A program made the translations under genes and the position numbers. A stretch of 64,000 nt of DNA from Candidatus Latescibacterota bacterium. Its GTDB lineage: Bacteria > Latescibacterota > UBA2968 > GCA-2709665. The notes beneath the pieces are model-generated. The model was not told the origin of the DNA and ran no database searches. It was given only the letters and a program-made list of their open reading frames with translations. Of this stretch, positions 50,404 to 60,857 are shown one piece after another (within the stretch, counting starts at the first letter, position 1; every line of letters begins with the position of its first letter). The DNA lies in contig OZ244937.1 of assembly GCA_965222075.1 (NCBI GenBank), positions 4,000,001-4,064,000 of the forward strand, read 5' to 3'.

Positions 50404-51738
50404 CTATCCCTTTGGCCTCCACGTCTCCGACAGCGGCCGGTGTGTAAACGTCCGTGCCTCCTCACCGCTGTATTCTCCCACGATCTGCCCCTCCCCCTCC
50501 ACGATATACTTGTAGATCACCAGCCCCTCCAGCCCTACCGGCCCCCGGCTGTGCAGCCGGTTGGTGCTGATCCCCACCTCGGCGCCCAGCCCGTACCGGA
50601 ACCCGTCCGCAAACCGGGTGGACGCATTGTGCAGCACCGAGGCCGCATCCACCCTCTGCAGGAACCGGGACGCGGCCGACCGGTCCTCGGTCACAATCGC
50701 ATCGGTGTGGTGGCTCCCGTACCGGTTGATATGGTCCATTGCGCTTTCCAGATCATTCACCACCTTCACCGAAACGATCAGGTCCAGGTATTCCGTCGCC
50801 CAGTCCGCCTCCGTCGCCGCAGCCACCTCCTCCCCCCCCAGCTTCCGGGTCGCTTCGTCCCCCCGAACTTCCACGCCGTTTTCACACAGGATCCGGACCA
50901 TATCCGGCAAAAACGCCTCCGCGATCTCCCGGTGCACCAGCAGCGTCTCCGCGGCATTGCACGCCGCCATATACTGTGTTTTCGCGTCTAAGCAGACCCG
51001 TTTCGCTTTCTTCAGATCCGCAGCCGAATCCACGTACACGTGGCAGATCCCATCCGCGTGTCCCATCACGGGAATCTTCGTATTTGCCATAATGTACTGA
51101 ACCAATTCATTCCCCCCCCTGGGGATAACCAGATCGATCAAATCGTGCAGATCCAGAATCGCCCGCACCTCCTCCCTTGCCTCCAACAGGTGCATCCAGC
51201 CCTCCGGGATGCCCGGCAGCCCCCGCGTTGCCTTCCGCATCACCTCTGCCAGCGCACGGTTCGTCTGAAGCGCCTCGCTCCCCCCTTTCAGCAGCACCGC
51301 ATTGCCCGACTTGAGGCAGAGCGTCGCAATTTGCACCATCGCATCCGGCCGCGACTCAAAAATCACCCCGATCACCCCGATCGGCACCGACACCCGGTAA
51401 AGCTTCAACCCCTCGTCTAACTCCGTCGCCATCAGCGTTCTTCCAATCGGCTCCGGCTGGTCCACCACGCTGCGCACGCCCACCACAATCTCCTTGTGCA
51501 GATTCTCCTCATCCACCTTCAACCGTTTGACCAGCGCCAGCGTCAGCTTTCCCTCTGCAACCAGCCCTTCCGCCGCCGCCAGGTCCCGCCGGTTCGCCTC
51601 CAGGATGCGTTCTGCGTTCGCCTCCAGCGCGCCCGCCATCGCCTCCAGGGCCGCGTTCCGTTCTCCCTCGGACGCCTGTCCCAGCGCCAGCGCCGCAGCC
51701 CGAGCCGCCTGTGCGCCCGCACGAATATCGTCAGCCAT
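50404..51738 (-). CDS. proA: Gamma-glutamyl phosphate reductase
   Basis: PIGVIGVIFESRP, IPRGG, ACNAAETLL, GAEVGIST..HSRGPVG. Confidence 0.97.
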   Translation of the reverse strand: MADDIRAGAQAARAAALALGQASEGERNAALEAMAGALEANAERILEANRRDLAAAEGLVAEGKLTLALVKRLKVDEENLHKEIVVGVRSVVDQPEPIGRTLMATELDEGLKLYRVSVPIGVIGVIFESRPDAMVQIATLCLKSGNAVLLKGGSEALQTNRALAEVMRKATRGLPGIPEGWMHLLEAREEVRAILDLHDLIDLVIPRGGNELVQYIMANTKIPVMGHADGICHVYVDSAADLKKAKRVCLDAKTQYMAACNAAETLLVHREIAEAFLPDMVRILCENGVEVRGDEATRKLGGEEVAAATEADWATEYLDLIVSVKVVNDLESAMDHINRYGSHHTDAIVTEDRSAASRFLQRVDAASVLHNASTRFADGFRYGLGAEVGISTNRLHSRGPVGLEGLVIYKYIVEGEGQIVGEYSGEEARTFTHRPLSETWRPKG

Positions 51739-51786
51739 ATTGACCTCCTGCGAACTTGCAATCGCCTGCCGTCCGGATTGATCTCG

Positions 51787-52830
51787 TCAAACCTTCACCC
51801 CCAGCTTCCTGGCCAGCCCCACGATCCGCTCCCAGACCGTCTCCTCAACCGGGATGCCCGCCTTTAGCCGCTCCTCCCGCGTCCGGTGCGACCGCTCACC
51901 CGGGGCCAGCACCTCGTCGAATCCCGGCGCCGGTGTTGCCGCCTTAACATAATCGATAAACCGCCCCACCTCCGCCTCAAACGCATCCAGCGGCCGGAAC
52001 GCGTCGATCCGGATCGCCTGCACGAACAGCGCGTTGCCCGTCACCTCCGAGTTCGCACGCGAGCACCCCGCAGGCGAAAGCGCTCCTGACAGAATATCCA
52101 GCACGAACGCCAGCCCCGACCCCTTGTGCCCCACCGCCCCTCCAAAAGGCAGCAGCGCCCCCCTGGGCTCTGTCAAAAACGTGTTCGGGTCGGTCGTCGG
52201 ACGCCCCTCCGCATCCATCATCCACCCCTCCGGCATAGACTCCCCCCGCGCCAACACCACCCGGACCTTCCCCCCGGCGGCCACCGCCGTCGTCAAGTCC
52301 AGCACCACCGGAAAATCCCGGTCTGTCGGAAACGCCATCGCGATGCAGTTGGCCGCCAAAACCCGCCCGATGCCGCCCCAGGGCGGCATCGCCAAGTCCG
52401 CCCCGTGCCCATTGTTGGCCACCATCCCCACCATCCCCGCCGCCGCCGCCGCGGGCGGATACGCCCCAACCCGCCCCACGTGGTTGCACCGGTGCACCGT
52501 CACCAGCCCCACGGACGCCTCCCGGGCCTTCTCCACGGCAATCCGCATCGCCTCCACCGCCGTCACGTGCCCGAACCCCCAGTTCCCGTTCACAACCGCC
52601 GTCGCCGCCGTCTCCCGCTCCACCTCCACCACCGCCCCCAGCACAATCTGCCCCGACTCGATACCGTCCACATATTGCGGCATCCGCAGCACGCCGTGGG
52701 AATCGTGCCCCACCAGGTTCGACTCTACCAGCTTCCCCGCCACGATCTCCGCCTCCTCCGGACTTGCCCCCACACGCTCGTAAACCTCCCGCCCGATTCT
52801 CCGAAGCTCATCCGCCGAAACCGTCGGCAT
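51787..52830 (-). CDS. Ldh_2 (malate/L-lactate/sulfolactate) family oxidoreductase
   Basis: GHDSHG, NHVGRVG, LLPFGG..GHKGSGL, PGER. Confidence 0.92.
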   Translation of the reverse strand: MPTVSADELRRIGREVYERVGASPEEAEIVAGKLVESNLVGHDSHGVLRMPQYVDGIESGQIVLGAVVEVERETAATAVVNGNWGFGHVTAVEAMRIAVEKAREASVGLVTVHRCNHVGRVGAYPPAAAAAGMVGMVANNGHGADLAMPPWGGIGRVLAANCIAMAFPTDRDFPVVLDLTTAVAAGGKVRVVLARGESMPEGWMMDAEGRPTTDPNTFLTEPRGALLPFGGAVGHKGSGLAFVLDILSGALSPAGCSRANSEVTGNALFVQAIRIDAFRPLDAFEAEVGRFIDYVKAATPAPGFDEVLAPGERSHRTREERLKAGIPVEETVWERIVGLARKLGVKV

Positions 52831-52914
52831 CAGGTCCTCCTTTATAAGAACAGGTTCATCCCCGCCTCCCGCCTCCCGCCTCCACTCCGGTTCAAAGTTC
52901 AAACTTCCCCTCCC

Positions 52915-54771
52915 CTATGCCCCATACGCCGCTTCAATCTCCTGCTCATACCTTTTCACAATCTCTTTTGGCACCACCTTCTTCAACCCCCGTGTCAGTG
53001 TCCCCGTCTCCTCGCTCAGCGCCTCCGGCAGCACCAGCACCTTCTGGGGGCGCTCGTGGCCGGGGAGTCCCACCCGGGTCGCCTCCTTCAACAGCGCCTC
53101 CCGAATCCGCTCGGCAACGGCCGGATGCGTGCGCAGGGCCTCCTCGTCCTGGGTGGGTAGATCCGGAATATCGGCCTGGTTTTTCGCCTCTTCGACACTG
53201 ACCGTCACCACCGGCAGGGGGAAGTCCCGCTTCTGGTCGCCGCAGACCAGCACGTGCTCGATCAGGGAGACGCGGGCGTAGAGACGCTCGAGCTGTTCGG
53301 GGTTCACAAACTCCCCGTTTCGGAGCTTGAACTGCCGGCCCACGCGTCCCCGAAACGTCAGGTATCCCTCCGAATCGATATCGAACAAATCGTCGGTCCG
53401 GTACCAGACCTTCCCTGTTTCGTCCTTGACCAGAGTCTTCGCCGTCTGTTCGGGATCGTTTAAGTACTCCTTCATCACATTCGACCCGTGCACCCAGAGT
53501 TCGCCCACCGCTCCGCCGCTGCCGCGATAGGTTTCGGTCGCCGGGTCTGCATACCCCACCTCCTGCCCGCTCTCATCCACCAGCTTCACCTCAACATACG
53601 GCCGCCCCACCGTTCCCACCCGCCGACCTTTCAGGTGGTTCACGGCAACCAGCGAACAGCTCTCCGTGGTGCCGTATCCCTCAAACGTCGTAATATCAAG
53701 CACATCGTGGAAGAAATCCAGCGCTTCCGGATCGGCCTTGGCCGACCCTACAATCAGCAGCTCCAGCCGCCCGCCCACCCGATCGGCCAGCCGGCCCCGG
53801 ATCTGTCCCACCACCTTCTTTCCCACCGTCCCGTACACCAGCCGGTCTGCCAGAGATGCCTGGCCCCGCGCCAGCTTCTGCTTGGCTCGGACCGCCCGCC
53901 CGATCAGCCGGCCCCGGGTGCCTCCGGCCTCGATCTCCTTGCGCACATTGCCGTAGACCTTATCCAGAATAAGCGGCACCGTCAAAAAGCCGTGGGGCTC
54001 GGAATGGCGGATATCGGTCAGCACCCGGTCCGGCGACCGCGCCAGATCTATCGTCCACCCCTTCGCTAAGGGATAGTAAATATTGATCACTCCCATCGTA
54101 TGGTAATCGGGGGCCGACTTAAAGAAGACCAGAGACTCCCGCTTGCTGATCACATCCCAGATCCCTTTCAGATTGGCCATAATATTCCTGTGGGTCTGCA
54201 CCGCTCCTTTCGGCAAACCCGAGGATCCGGATGTATAGATCACCTTCGTCTCGTCGTCCGGCAGAACCTCAACCTCGGGAAGCGACGCCTCCCCGCCGGC
54301 CTTGACCAAGTCGAAGAACGACCGGACGCCTTCGGCCTGGCCCTCGGTAAGAACCATCTGCGGAGGGTTTTCCAGGCGCGGCCGGATGCGTTCCACCTGG
54401 TCCTGGCTCTTGCGGTCCACAAACAGCAAAACAATCCCGGAATGGTTGACCTTGTACACCAGAATATCGTCCGGAAGCTTATTGCACAGCGGCACCGAAG
54501 AAAGCCCCAGCAGGTCTGTCGCAAGGAAAATCAGCAGCGGCTCTAAGCCCCCATCGGTCAAAATCCCTACCCGCTGACCCTTTTCAAAGTTAAGCTGCGC
54601 AAGCCCCGACGCAAGCCGGTCCCGCTGCTCCCTCAGCTGCTGGTAGGCCATAGGCACATACCGAAGTCCCTGCTCACCCGGCTCGTCCGACTGCCGTAGA
54701 ATGCGAACCGCCGTCCGGTCGGCATACCGTTCAAAACTCTCGTTCATCAGTTCCTTAAGCGTCTGGCTCAC
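52915..54771 (-). CDS. Long-chain fatty acid-CoA ligase (AMP-binding)
   Basis: IYTSGSSGLPKG, EGYGTTE, GSNVMKEY, WYRTDD. Confidence 0.9.
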   Translation of the reverse strand: MSQTLKELMNESFERYADRTAVRILRQSDEPGEQGLRYVPMAYQQLREQRDRLASGLAQLNFEKGQRVGILTDGGLEPLLIFLATDLLGLSSVPLCNKLPDDILVYKVNHSGIVLLFVDRKSQDQVERIRPRLENPPQMVLTEGQAEGVRSFFDLVKAGGEASLPEVEVLPDDETKVIYTSGSSGLPKGAVQTHRNIMANLKGIWDVISKRESLVFFKSAPDYHTMGVINIYYPLAKGWTIDLARSPDRVLTDIRHSEPHGFLTVPLILDKVYGNVRKEIEAGGTRGRLIGRAVRAKQKLARGQASLADRLVYGTVGKKVVGQIRGRLADRVGGRLELLIVGSAKADPEALDFFHDVLDITTFEGYGTTESCSLVAVNHLKGRRVGTVGRPYVEVKLVDESGQEVGYADPATETYRGSGGAVGELWVHGSNVMKEYLNDPEQTAKTLVKDETGKVWYRTDDLFDIDSEGYLTFRGRVGRQFKLRNGEFVNPEQLERLYARVSLIEHVLVCGDQKRDFPLPVVTVSVEEAKNQADIPDLPTQDEEALRTHPAVAERIREALLKEATRVGLPGHERPQKVLVLPEALSEETGTLTRGLKKVVPKEIVKRYEQEIEAAYGA

Positions 54772-54782
54772 TTTTCCCTCCT

Positions 54783-54955
54783 TCACTTCGGTCGGCCGCC
54801 CCGCCACAGATCGTACTGTGGACTTGCGTACCGACCGAAAAATTCCTCCAGTTGCGTTGGAAGCTCCTGAACGATCGATTCATCTTCTGAATCCCCGGCA
54901 AGGTTGTTCCGCTCGCCGGAATCGTTCACCGTATCGTACAACTCGTCTGGATGAA
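54783..54955 (-). pseudogene. Sulfatase C-terminal remnant
   Basis: PDELYDTVNDSGERNNLA..LEEFFGRYASPQYDLWRGG*. Confidence 0.65.
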
Positions 54956-54961
54956 TATTCC

Positions 54962-56422
54962 CTACCGGCCGCCAAACAGTTTTCCGATCAGACCCCACCC
55001 GCTGATGCCCGCAAAAACAACCAGAACCCCGGCCGACACGGCCGCGCCGATCACCATCGGAAGCCGGGTCCGGTAGGCGGGTGGAAGCTTGAAATTCAAA
55101 TACAGGGCGGCAAGCATAATCAGCGCGATGGAGAAATTCGCCAAGATGAAACCCGCGATTTGCGTCAGGATGTCGAATGGAATGTTGAGCCAGACAATAA
55201 CCATCGTAGCGGTGAATATGTAGGCGCAAATAACGCGCCGGATTTTATGGTAATCCCACTCGCGGTCGGGCCAAATTGCCTGAAAGAACTCCTGTGTCAC
55301 CCGGGCGTAGATCTCGGGCAGCGCCTGCAGCGTCCCCCACAGCGCTGCGATAATACAAATATAGTAGACCCACACCAGCGATGGGTGGATATTGCTCCAG
55401 ACGTGGGCCTGGTTCGTCAGCAGGGTCCAACCCTCAAATCGGGTCTCAAGCGGGTACAGAACCGCAGCCCCGGACAACATAAACGCCCCCGTCACCACGA
55501 GCAGAACGACTGCGCCCGTGCCCACATCCCACCGCAGGGGCGCAACAAGCTGCCGCAGCCGGCTCACCTCCTCCGGACTGTCGGGCAGATAGTTGATTGC
55601 ATCGTGTGTGAACGCATGCTGGCGGATCGCTTCAATCTTCCTATGGCACGTCAGCCCCCAGCCGTGCAACCCAATCCAGTTGGCGTAAACAATATATGAC
55701 ATTACCGACCCACCGACGTATCCGAAGGTCGTCGCCATGGTCAACATCGGGTGCTTGATCGTATCTTCCGGCGCCCAGGAGGGAAATGGCGGCAGGTGCC
55801 CAAAGCTGAGACTTCCCCAAAACGCTTCCCAGAAACCGGGACGCACCATCAGCGTGCCGATAATCGTCCCGCTGACAAGAATACAGCAGATCGCGATCTG
55901 CTGTTTCTCCAACCTCTCAAACGAAAGCCGCAGTCCAAGGGTCAACGCAAGCCCGATGAAGCAGGACGTAATCATATTCTCCCAGACAGGCTCCAAAACC
56001 CACGCCGGCAGAACACTTTGAAGCAGAAAGTGAAACAGGTCGCCGCAGGGTTTGGCAATCGGCACCCAGGCCAGCGGCGCGCCCAGCATCTCCGAAGCCA
56101 CAAGCGCAAGCAGCAGCCACCCGCGCGGCCCCGGCAGCCGCACCAGGCGGTGCCCGATGTATTCGCCGCTGATCGCCGTATAGCGTCCAACCAGATAAGT
56201 GACGAACACCCCCTTGACAACGCAGCTGAGCAGCACGAGCCACAGCAGCCCGTAGCCTGCCCACGCGCCCGCCCGAACCACGACAATCGTCTCGCCCGCC
56301 CCAATGCTCACCGACGCCACGATCGCCGCAGGTCCGAAAACCGCGAATAGCCCGACCAGCTTCTTCGCCGACCACCCCTCGGCAAAAATGCCGCTGACGG
56401 GCGGGATATCTATTTTGTCCAT
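54962..56422 (-). CDS. Nramp/MntH-like transporter
   Basis: FGPAAIVASVSIGAGE..GAWAGYGLLW; about 11 hydrophobic segments. Confidence 0.85.
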   Translation of the reverse strand: MDKIDIPPVSGIFAEGWSAKKLVGLFAVFGPAAIVASVSIGAGETIVVVRAGAWAGYGLLWLVLLSCVVKGVFVTYLVGRYTAISGEYIGHRLVRLPGPRGWLLLALVASEMLGAPLAWVPIAKPCGDLFHFLLQSVLPAWVLEPVWENMITSCFIGLALTLGLRLSFERLEKQQIAICCILVSGTIIGTLMVRPGFWEAFWGSLSFGHLPPFPSWAPEDTIKHPMLTMATTFGYVGGSVMSYIVYANWIGLHGWGLTCHRKIEAIRQHAFTHDAINYLPDSPEEVSRLRQLVAPLRWDVGTGAVVLLVVTGAFMLSGAAVLYPLETRFEGWTLLTNQAHVWSNIHPSLVWVYYICIIAALWGTLQALPEIYARVTQEFFQAIWPDREWDYHKIRRVICAYIFTATMVIVWLNIPFDILTQIAGFILANFSIALIMLAALYLNFKLPPAYRTRLPMVIGAAVSAGVLVVFAGISGWGLIGKLFGGR

Positions 56423-56449
56423 CCTTGTGTACTCCTTACACCATGGCCT

Positions 56450-57462
56450 CTACAGAACCTGAAGACTCAGTTCATACCGCGCAACATCCGGAGAAAAGGG
56501 CAGCGTCACCACCAGAAGGGCCTCCTCCACCGTCGCCTCTCCGGCTTTCCGATACGGATTGTGCGGCACCGCAGGCCAGACCACCCGGGCCCCCTGCGGC
56601 AGCGAAAGCCGCCAGCCGGCGTGTTCGATCCAGTCTCCGTCACCCTCTGCGGCTCGCTCTATGGCGTCTTCTCCCAACACAAGAGAATCTCCGGATGCAA
56701 ACCGGAGCGCCTGCCCCGGGTGCGGAATCAGCGTCACGTGTCCCTCAACCGGTATACCTGAGTTCGCCGTCGCCTCAAAAGCCAGCGTCATTCCTGGTCT
56801 CGCCCTGAGGGGCCAGCGTAACCGTGCAGGTCTCCTCCCCGTATTTCAGGGTCAGGCCAGACGCATCTTCACCCGTACGGTAAGAGGCGCCCTCGGGCGC
56901 GTGGATCAGCCCTTCGCGCGGGCTGAAATCGGGGTGCTCGTCTCCCGGCGTGTGCGCGAGCAACGAGGAATCTCCCACCGTAAAAGTGCTCCACAGAGGC
57001 TGCAATTTCGTATTTCCTCCTCCAACAATCAGCCCTGTGCGGTCGTGAAAAACACTCACGAAATTCTGCCGGTCCTGCCCCCACCGGTTCTGGGGGATCT
57101 CGACCACAAAGGCGGAAAGGCAAAAAACCAGGGCCGGCGCCGCTGGGTCATCGCCTCGTCCCCCATGCGGTACAGATGCCGCTCCCGGCCCGCGGGCGTC
57201 TCCTCAACCTCCCCCTCTCCTCCATAAAGAAGCAGATGGGCCGCATAGTCGGCGGTAAAAGATCCCCCGGCCTGCAGTGGTAGTGCGAACTCTCCTCCAG
57301 GCTCCATGCCGCAGCCAGGGCAAGCATCACATTCTGATCCGTGGAAATCCAGGGCTCCGTCCCGAACTGGCCGTTCTCCTTTTGAGACGCCGGAATATCC
57401 GGCACGGCCGCGTCCAGCGGTTCCAGCAGCTGCGGCTCAGGCTTCCATGTCGTTGCCATCAC
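56450..57462 (-). pseudogene. Fragmented hypothetical gene (4 overlapping frames)
   Basis: Codon-biased pieces FGTEPWISTDQNV / RERHLYRMGD / NRWGQDRQNFVSVFH..IVGGGNTKLQP / WPAVPHNPYRK. Confidence 0.65.
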
Positions 57463-57473
57463 CCCTCCCTTTT

Positions 57474-58241
57474 TTACGCATCACAGGCGGCAATAAATGC
57501 CCCGGATGTCGCCGTATATCCCACCGCATACTCCGTCCACAGAATCATCCGCCTGGTAAACGCCATCTCCTCCAGTTCCTCCGGCAGTTCCAGCGCCATT
57601 GCACAATCGCGCAGCAGCAGAATCCGGTAATTCAGATTCATCGCATCGATCATCGTACAGTGTAAACAGATATCCAGCGCAAACCCCACGCACACCAGCG
57701 TCTTGATATTCAGATTGCGCAGCAACCCGTCCAGCCGCGTCTCGAAAAACCCGCTGTACGCGTGCTTGCGGATAAAATAGTCTTCGGGCCGGGGCTCGAT
57801 CACCTTCGAGAACTTTACGGCCGTTGAGTTCCCGTACACATACTCGCGCGGATCGACCCTATCCTCCGATCCCCACGCTTCCCAGTCCAGATCGCACGAC
57901 CGCTGTGCCGTCCTGGCCAGTTCCGACCGGTTGATCGCAATTCTGGGCGCGCTGTTGTTCAAATAGATCACTGGCAGTCCCGCCCTGCGCGCCGCATCCA
58001 TCGCCGGGCGGATGTGGTTGACCACAATATCTTTTTCCGTCTCAAAACTCGCGCTCAGGCTCATCGACGGGTATTCATGCGGCTTGCCCTCATCGTCCGG
58101 CGAAAACCCCAGCCCGTAAACATCCACAACCAGAAAAGCCGTCGTCTCCGTATCCAGTTCCAGCATCTCCTCCGCGTGCCCCAGAAATTTCTCGGGTGGA
58201 AAGAGCCGGTAATAGCGCCCCTTAATCTTCAATATTGCCAT
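57474..58241 (-). CDS. Isochorismatase-family cysteine hydrolase
   Basis: TAFLVVDV, KHAYSGFFETRLD, GFALDICL. Confidence 0.9.
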   Translation of the reverse strand: MAILKIKGRYYRLFPPEKFLGHAEEMLELDTETTAFLVVDVYGLGFSPDDEGKPHEYPSMSLSASFETEKDIVVNHIRPAMDAARRAGLPVIYLNNSAPRIAINRSELARTAQRSCDLDWEAWGSEDRVDPREYVYGNSTAVKFSKVIEPRPEDYFIRKHAYSGFFETRLDGLLRNLNIKTLVCVGFALDICLHCTMIDAMNLNYRILLLRDCAMALELPEELEEMAFTRRMILWTEYAVGYTATSGAFIAACDA

Positions 58242-58259
58242 ACCTGGTCACTCCAGACT

Positions 58260-58865
58260 TTATGATGAACCCCGGGCCGGCGCCAGCCAGCCCTTCCGGA
58301 CCGCATCCTCAACCATCGCCCTGGCGCGCGTCCAGAGCTCCGGCGCACCCTCCACCATGTGGCGGTTATACGCAATCACCTGATCGGAGCACACCCCGTG
58401 TCTCTTCCACGCCGCGCCTTCACTCCGGTAGTTGAGCAGCAGCGGCTGGAACCTGTCCAGTGCCGCGGCGAACCGGGCCTCAGGCGTCTCCCTGCCCTCG
58501 AACTCTTCCCAGAGCGCATACAACTCGGCCGCCAGATCTTCGGGCAGCAGGTTGAAAATCCGGTCCGCCGCCTCTCTCTCCCGCTCCTCCTTATCCTCAT
58601 TGCCTTTCTCATCGTACGCAAATGTATCCCCCGCATCGATCTCCACGAGGTCGTGGACCAGCAGCATCTTCACCACCAGCAACAGATCCACCTCCTCCCG
58701 CGCGTACTCCAACAGCAGAACCGCCATCACCGCCAGGTGCCAGGAATGCTCCGCATCGTTCTCCTGCCGGGGTGCATCCAGCAGCAGCGTTTGCCTCAGC
58801 ACCTGTTTGAGCTTATCGATCTCAACGATAAATTCAATCTGTTGTGTCAGCCTGTCGGAGCCCAT
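58260..58865 (-). CDS. HD-domain phosphohydrolase (5'-deoxynucleotidase-like)
   Basis: ENDAEHSWHLA, LVHDLVEIDAGD, ALDRFQP. Confidence 0.92.
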   Translation of the reverse strand: MGSDRLTQQIEFIVEIDKLKQVLRQTLLLDAPRQENDAEHSWHLAVMAVLLLEYAREEVDLLLVVKMLLVHDLVEIDAGDTFAYDEKGNEDKEEREREAADRIFNLLPEDLAAELYALWEEFEGRETPEARFAAALDRFQPLLLNYRSEGAAWKRHGVCSDQVIAYNRHMVEGAPELWTRARAMVEDAVRKGWLAPARGSS

Positions 58866-59008
58866 TCGCCTATCCCACCTCCGGGACAATCCGCCATCGT
58901 CCCTTCCAGCCGGTATGTCCCCACCCCTTCAACCGGACCACCTCCGAAAAATCCCCGTTCCTCCCATCCTCCCCACCCCTGTCTGTTTCCGAGTTTAACC
59001 TGGAACGA

Positions 59009-59797
59009 CTACCTCTCCCCCCGCGGCAGCGGCCACGACTCCCCGGCCATAAATCCTCCGTCCACATAAATCTTCACCCCCGTCACATAATCAGACGCCG
59101 GTGAGGCCAGAAACACCGCCGTTCCCACCATATCTTCCGGCGTCGCCAGGCGTCCCAGAGGCGTCCGGCCCTCACCCCAGGCCCGCATCGTCGGATCGGC
59201 CCAGAGCTTCTCCGTCAGCGGCGTTAGCACAAACCCGGGGCAGATCGTGTTCACCTGGATATTGTGAGGCGCCAGCTCCAGCGCCTGCGCCCTGGTCAGC
59301 TGTCCCACGGCCCCCTTCGTCGCCGTATACACCGACACACTGTGCAGCGCCGTGCCCGTGGTCAAAGACCCGATATTGATTACCTTCCCCTGCCTGCGCG
59401 GGATCATATGCCGGGCCGCCGTCTGCGTCAAAAAATAAAGCCCTTTCAGATTCACGGCCACAATTCGGTCGTAGTGTTCCTCCGTCACCTCTTCCAGCGG
59501 CTCCCGGATATTCATCCCCGCATTGTTTACCAGAATATCGATCTGCCCGTACTGTTCCAGCGTTGTCTCCACCCCCCGGCTCACCGACGCCAGGTCCGCC
59601 ATATCCACCTCCACGGCCAGCGCATCTCCTCCCGCCGCCTGAATCGCCAATGCTGCTTCGTCCAGCTGGGACCGGGTGCGCGCCGCACACACCACCTTTG
59701 CCCCGTGCGCCGCCAGCCCCTCGGCAATCCCCCGCCCGATGCCTCGCCCTGCGCCGGTAACCAGCGCAACACGTCCTTCCAGAGAAAACAGATTCAC
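59009..59797 (-). CDS. SDR oxidoreductase (gluconate 5-DH/KduD-like)
   Basis: TGAGRGIG, NNAG, YTATK. Confidence 0.93.
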   Translation of the reverse strand: MNLFSLEGRVALVTGAGRGIGRGIAEGLAAHGAKVVCAARTRSQLDEAALAIQAAGGDALAVEVDMADLASVSRGVETTLEQYGQIDILVNNAGMNIREPLEEVTEEHYDRIVAVNLKGLYFLTQTAARHMIPRRQGKVINIGSLTTGTALHSVSVYTATKGAVGQLTRAQALELAPHNIQVNTICPGFVLTPLTEKLWADPTMRAWGEGRTPLGRLATPEDMVGTAVFLASPASDYVTGVKIYVDGGFMAGESWPLPRGER

Positions 59798-59969
59798 GAT
59801 TCTCCCCTTTTTGATTACCGTTATGCGTTTACCGGTAAACCCATCCCGAAGCCGACCTTCTTACGGGGCCAACAGTGCCGAAGGTGCAATTCTTCTCTCG
59901 TCCAACGGAATATATGCAAATATTCCGATCCGAACAACCCTCTCCCGGCCACGCTCCCCTGTTGCGCTT

Positions 59970-60003
59970 AAAAAAAACCGGCCTCACAGCAATGTGAGAC
60001 CGG
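59970..60003 (-). terminator. Intrinsic terminator
   Basis: Minus strand CCGGTCTCACA-TTGC-TGTGAGGCCGG-T8. Confidence 0.8.
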
Positions 60004-60030
60004 GATGTTTTCATATCTACCTGCTGGATC

Positions 60031-60654
60031 TCATCGGAAAAACATCGACACTCCGGCGGTCACAATATGCCGCGTCACGTGCTGTCCATCGGCAAAAAGG
60101 ACCGTAAACGCGTACTGCGAGGTCATCGCCGTCCGACTGGAGATGAATTTCCGCACGCCTGCGCCGCCGCCCACCTCGCTCACATCCCCCCAGCCGAAAT
60201 CACGCCCCCCGAAAACCTCCACAAACGGGTAGGTCCGCTTCTCTATCTGGTAGGGGATATTATAGCGATAGAACCCGGTCAGTGAGGACCCGAACCCCTG
60301 GTCAACAGACAGGATGCGCCCGGTCACCCGGTGGGTATCCCCGGGTGTGCCGACCACAACCTCCCGTCGGTTCGCCCGGTCCCAGGCCCGGTTGCCCATC
60401 ACAAACGTCCCGCCGAGCTGATGTGTCCGGGTCAGAGCATACGCCATCGTCACACCTGCGCGGTAAACCAGCGCACTGCCCGAAAAGCGTAAGGACATCA
60501 TCGGGCTGATCTCCAGGCGTCCGGCCTGCATCGGCCCGCCCACCCCGAAGATCTCCACCTCTTCCGGCTCCTCCTCCGGCGCCAGAAAATCGGCCCGGAC
60601 GGCCCCGCCGGAAACCAGCAACACCACCGTTAGAAACAGGACGATTCGTCTCAT
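60031..60654 (-). CDS. Outer-membrane beta-barrel protein
   Basis: Signal peptide, alternating strands, C-terminal AGVSMFFR. Confidence 0.7.
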   Translation of the reverse strand: MRRIVLFLTVVLLVSGGAVRADFLAPEEEPEEVEIFGVGGPMQAGRLEISPMMSLRFSGSALVYRAGVTMAYALTRTHQLGGTFVMGNRAWDRANRREVVVGTPGDTHRVTGRILSVDQGFGSSLTGFYRYNIPYQIEKRTYPFVEVFGGRDFGWGDVSEVGGGAGVRKFISSRTAMTSQYAFTVLFADGQHVTRHIVTAGVSMFFR

Positions 60655-60857
60655 TGAACCCACCTCCTGGGAAAAAGATGGAAAACCTGCCTGCCGGGTA
60701 CATCACTTAGACGCCTTGAACGCCCGATTGTTCCTCAAAGATTCGACCCCCCAACCCCGGTTCGCACCGGTTCCAGGGCCGTGCTGGGCCGGCTGCTATC
60801 TGCTGCCTGCTCCACATTGCCCCCAACTCCTGTCAACAGACGTTTCATACATCCCCG

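Noticed and set aside
60665-60857. Riboswitch upstream of the outer-membrane barrel; half-site CCTGCCTGCCGG at 60686
   Set aside because: No known aptamer motif recognised, and no matching CAGGCAGG arm
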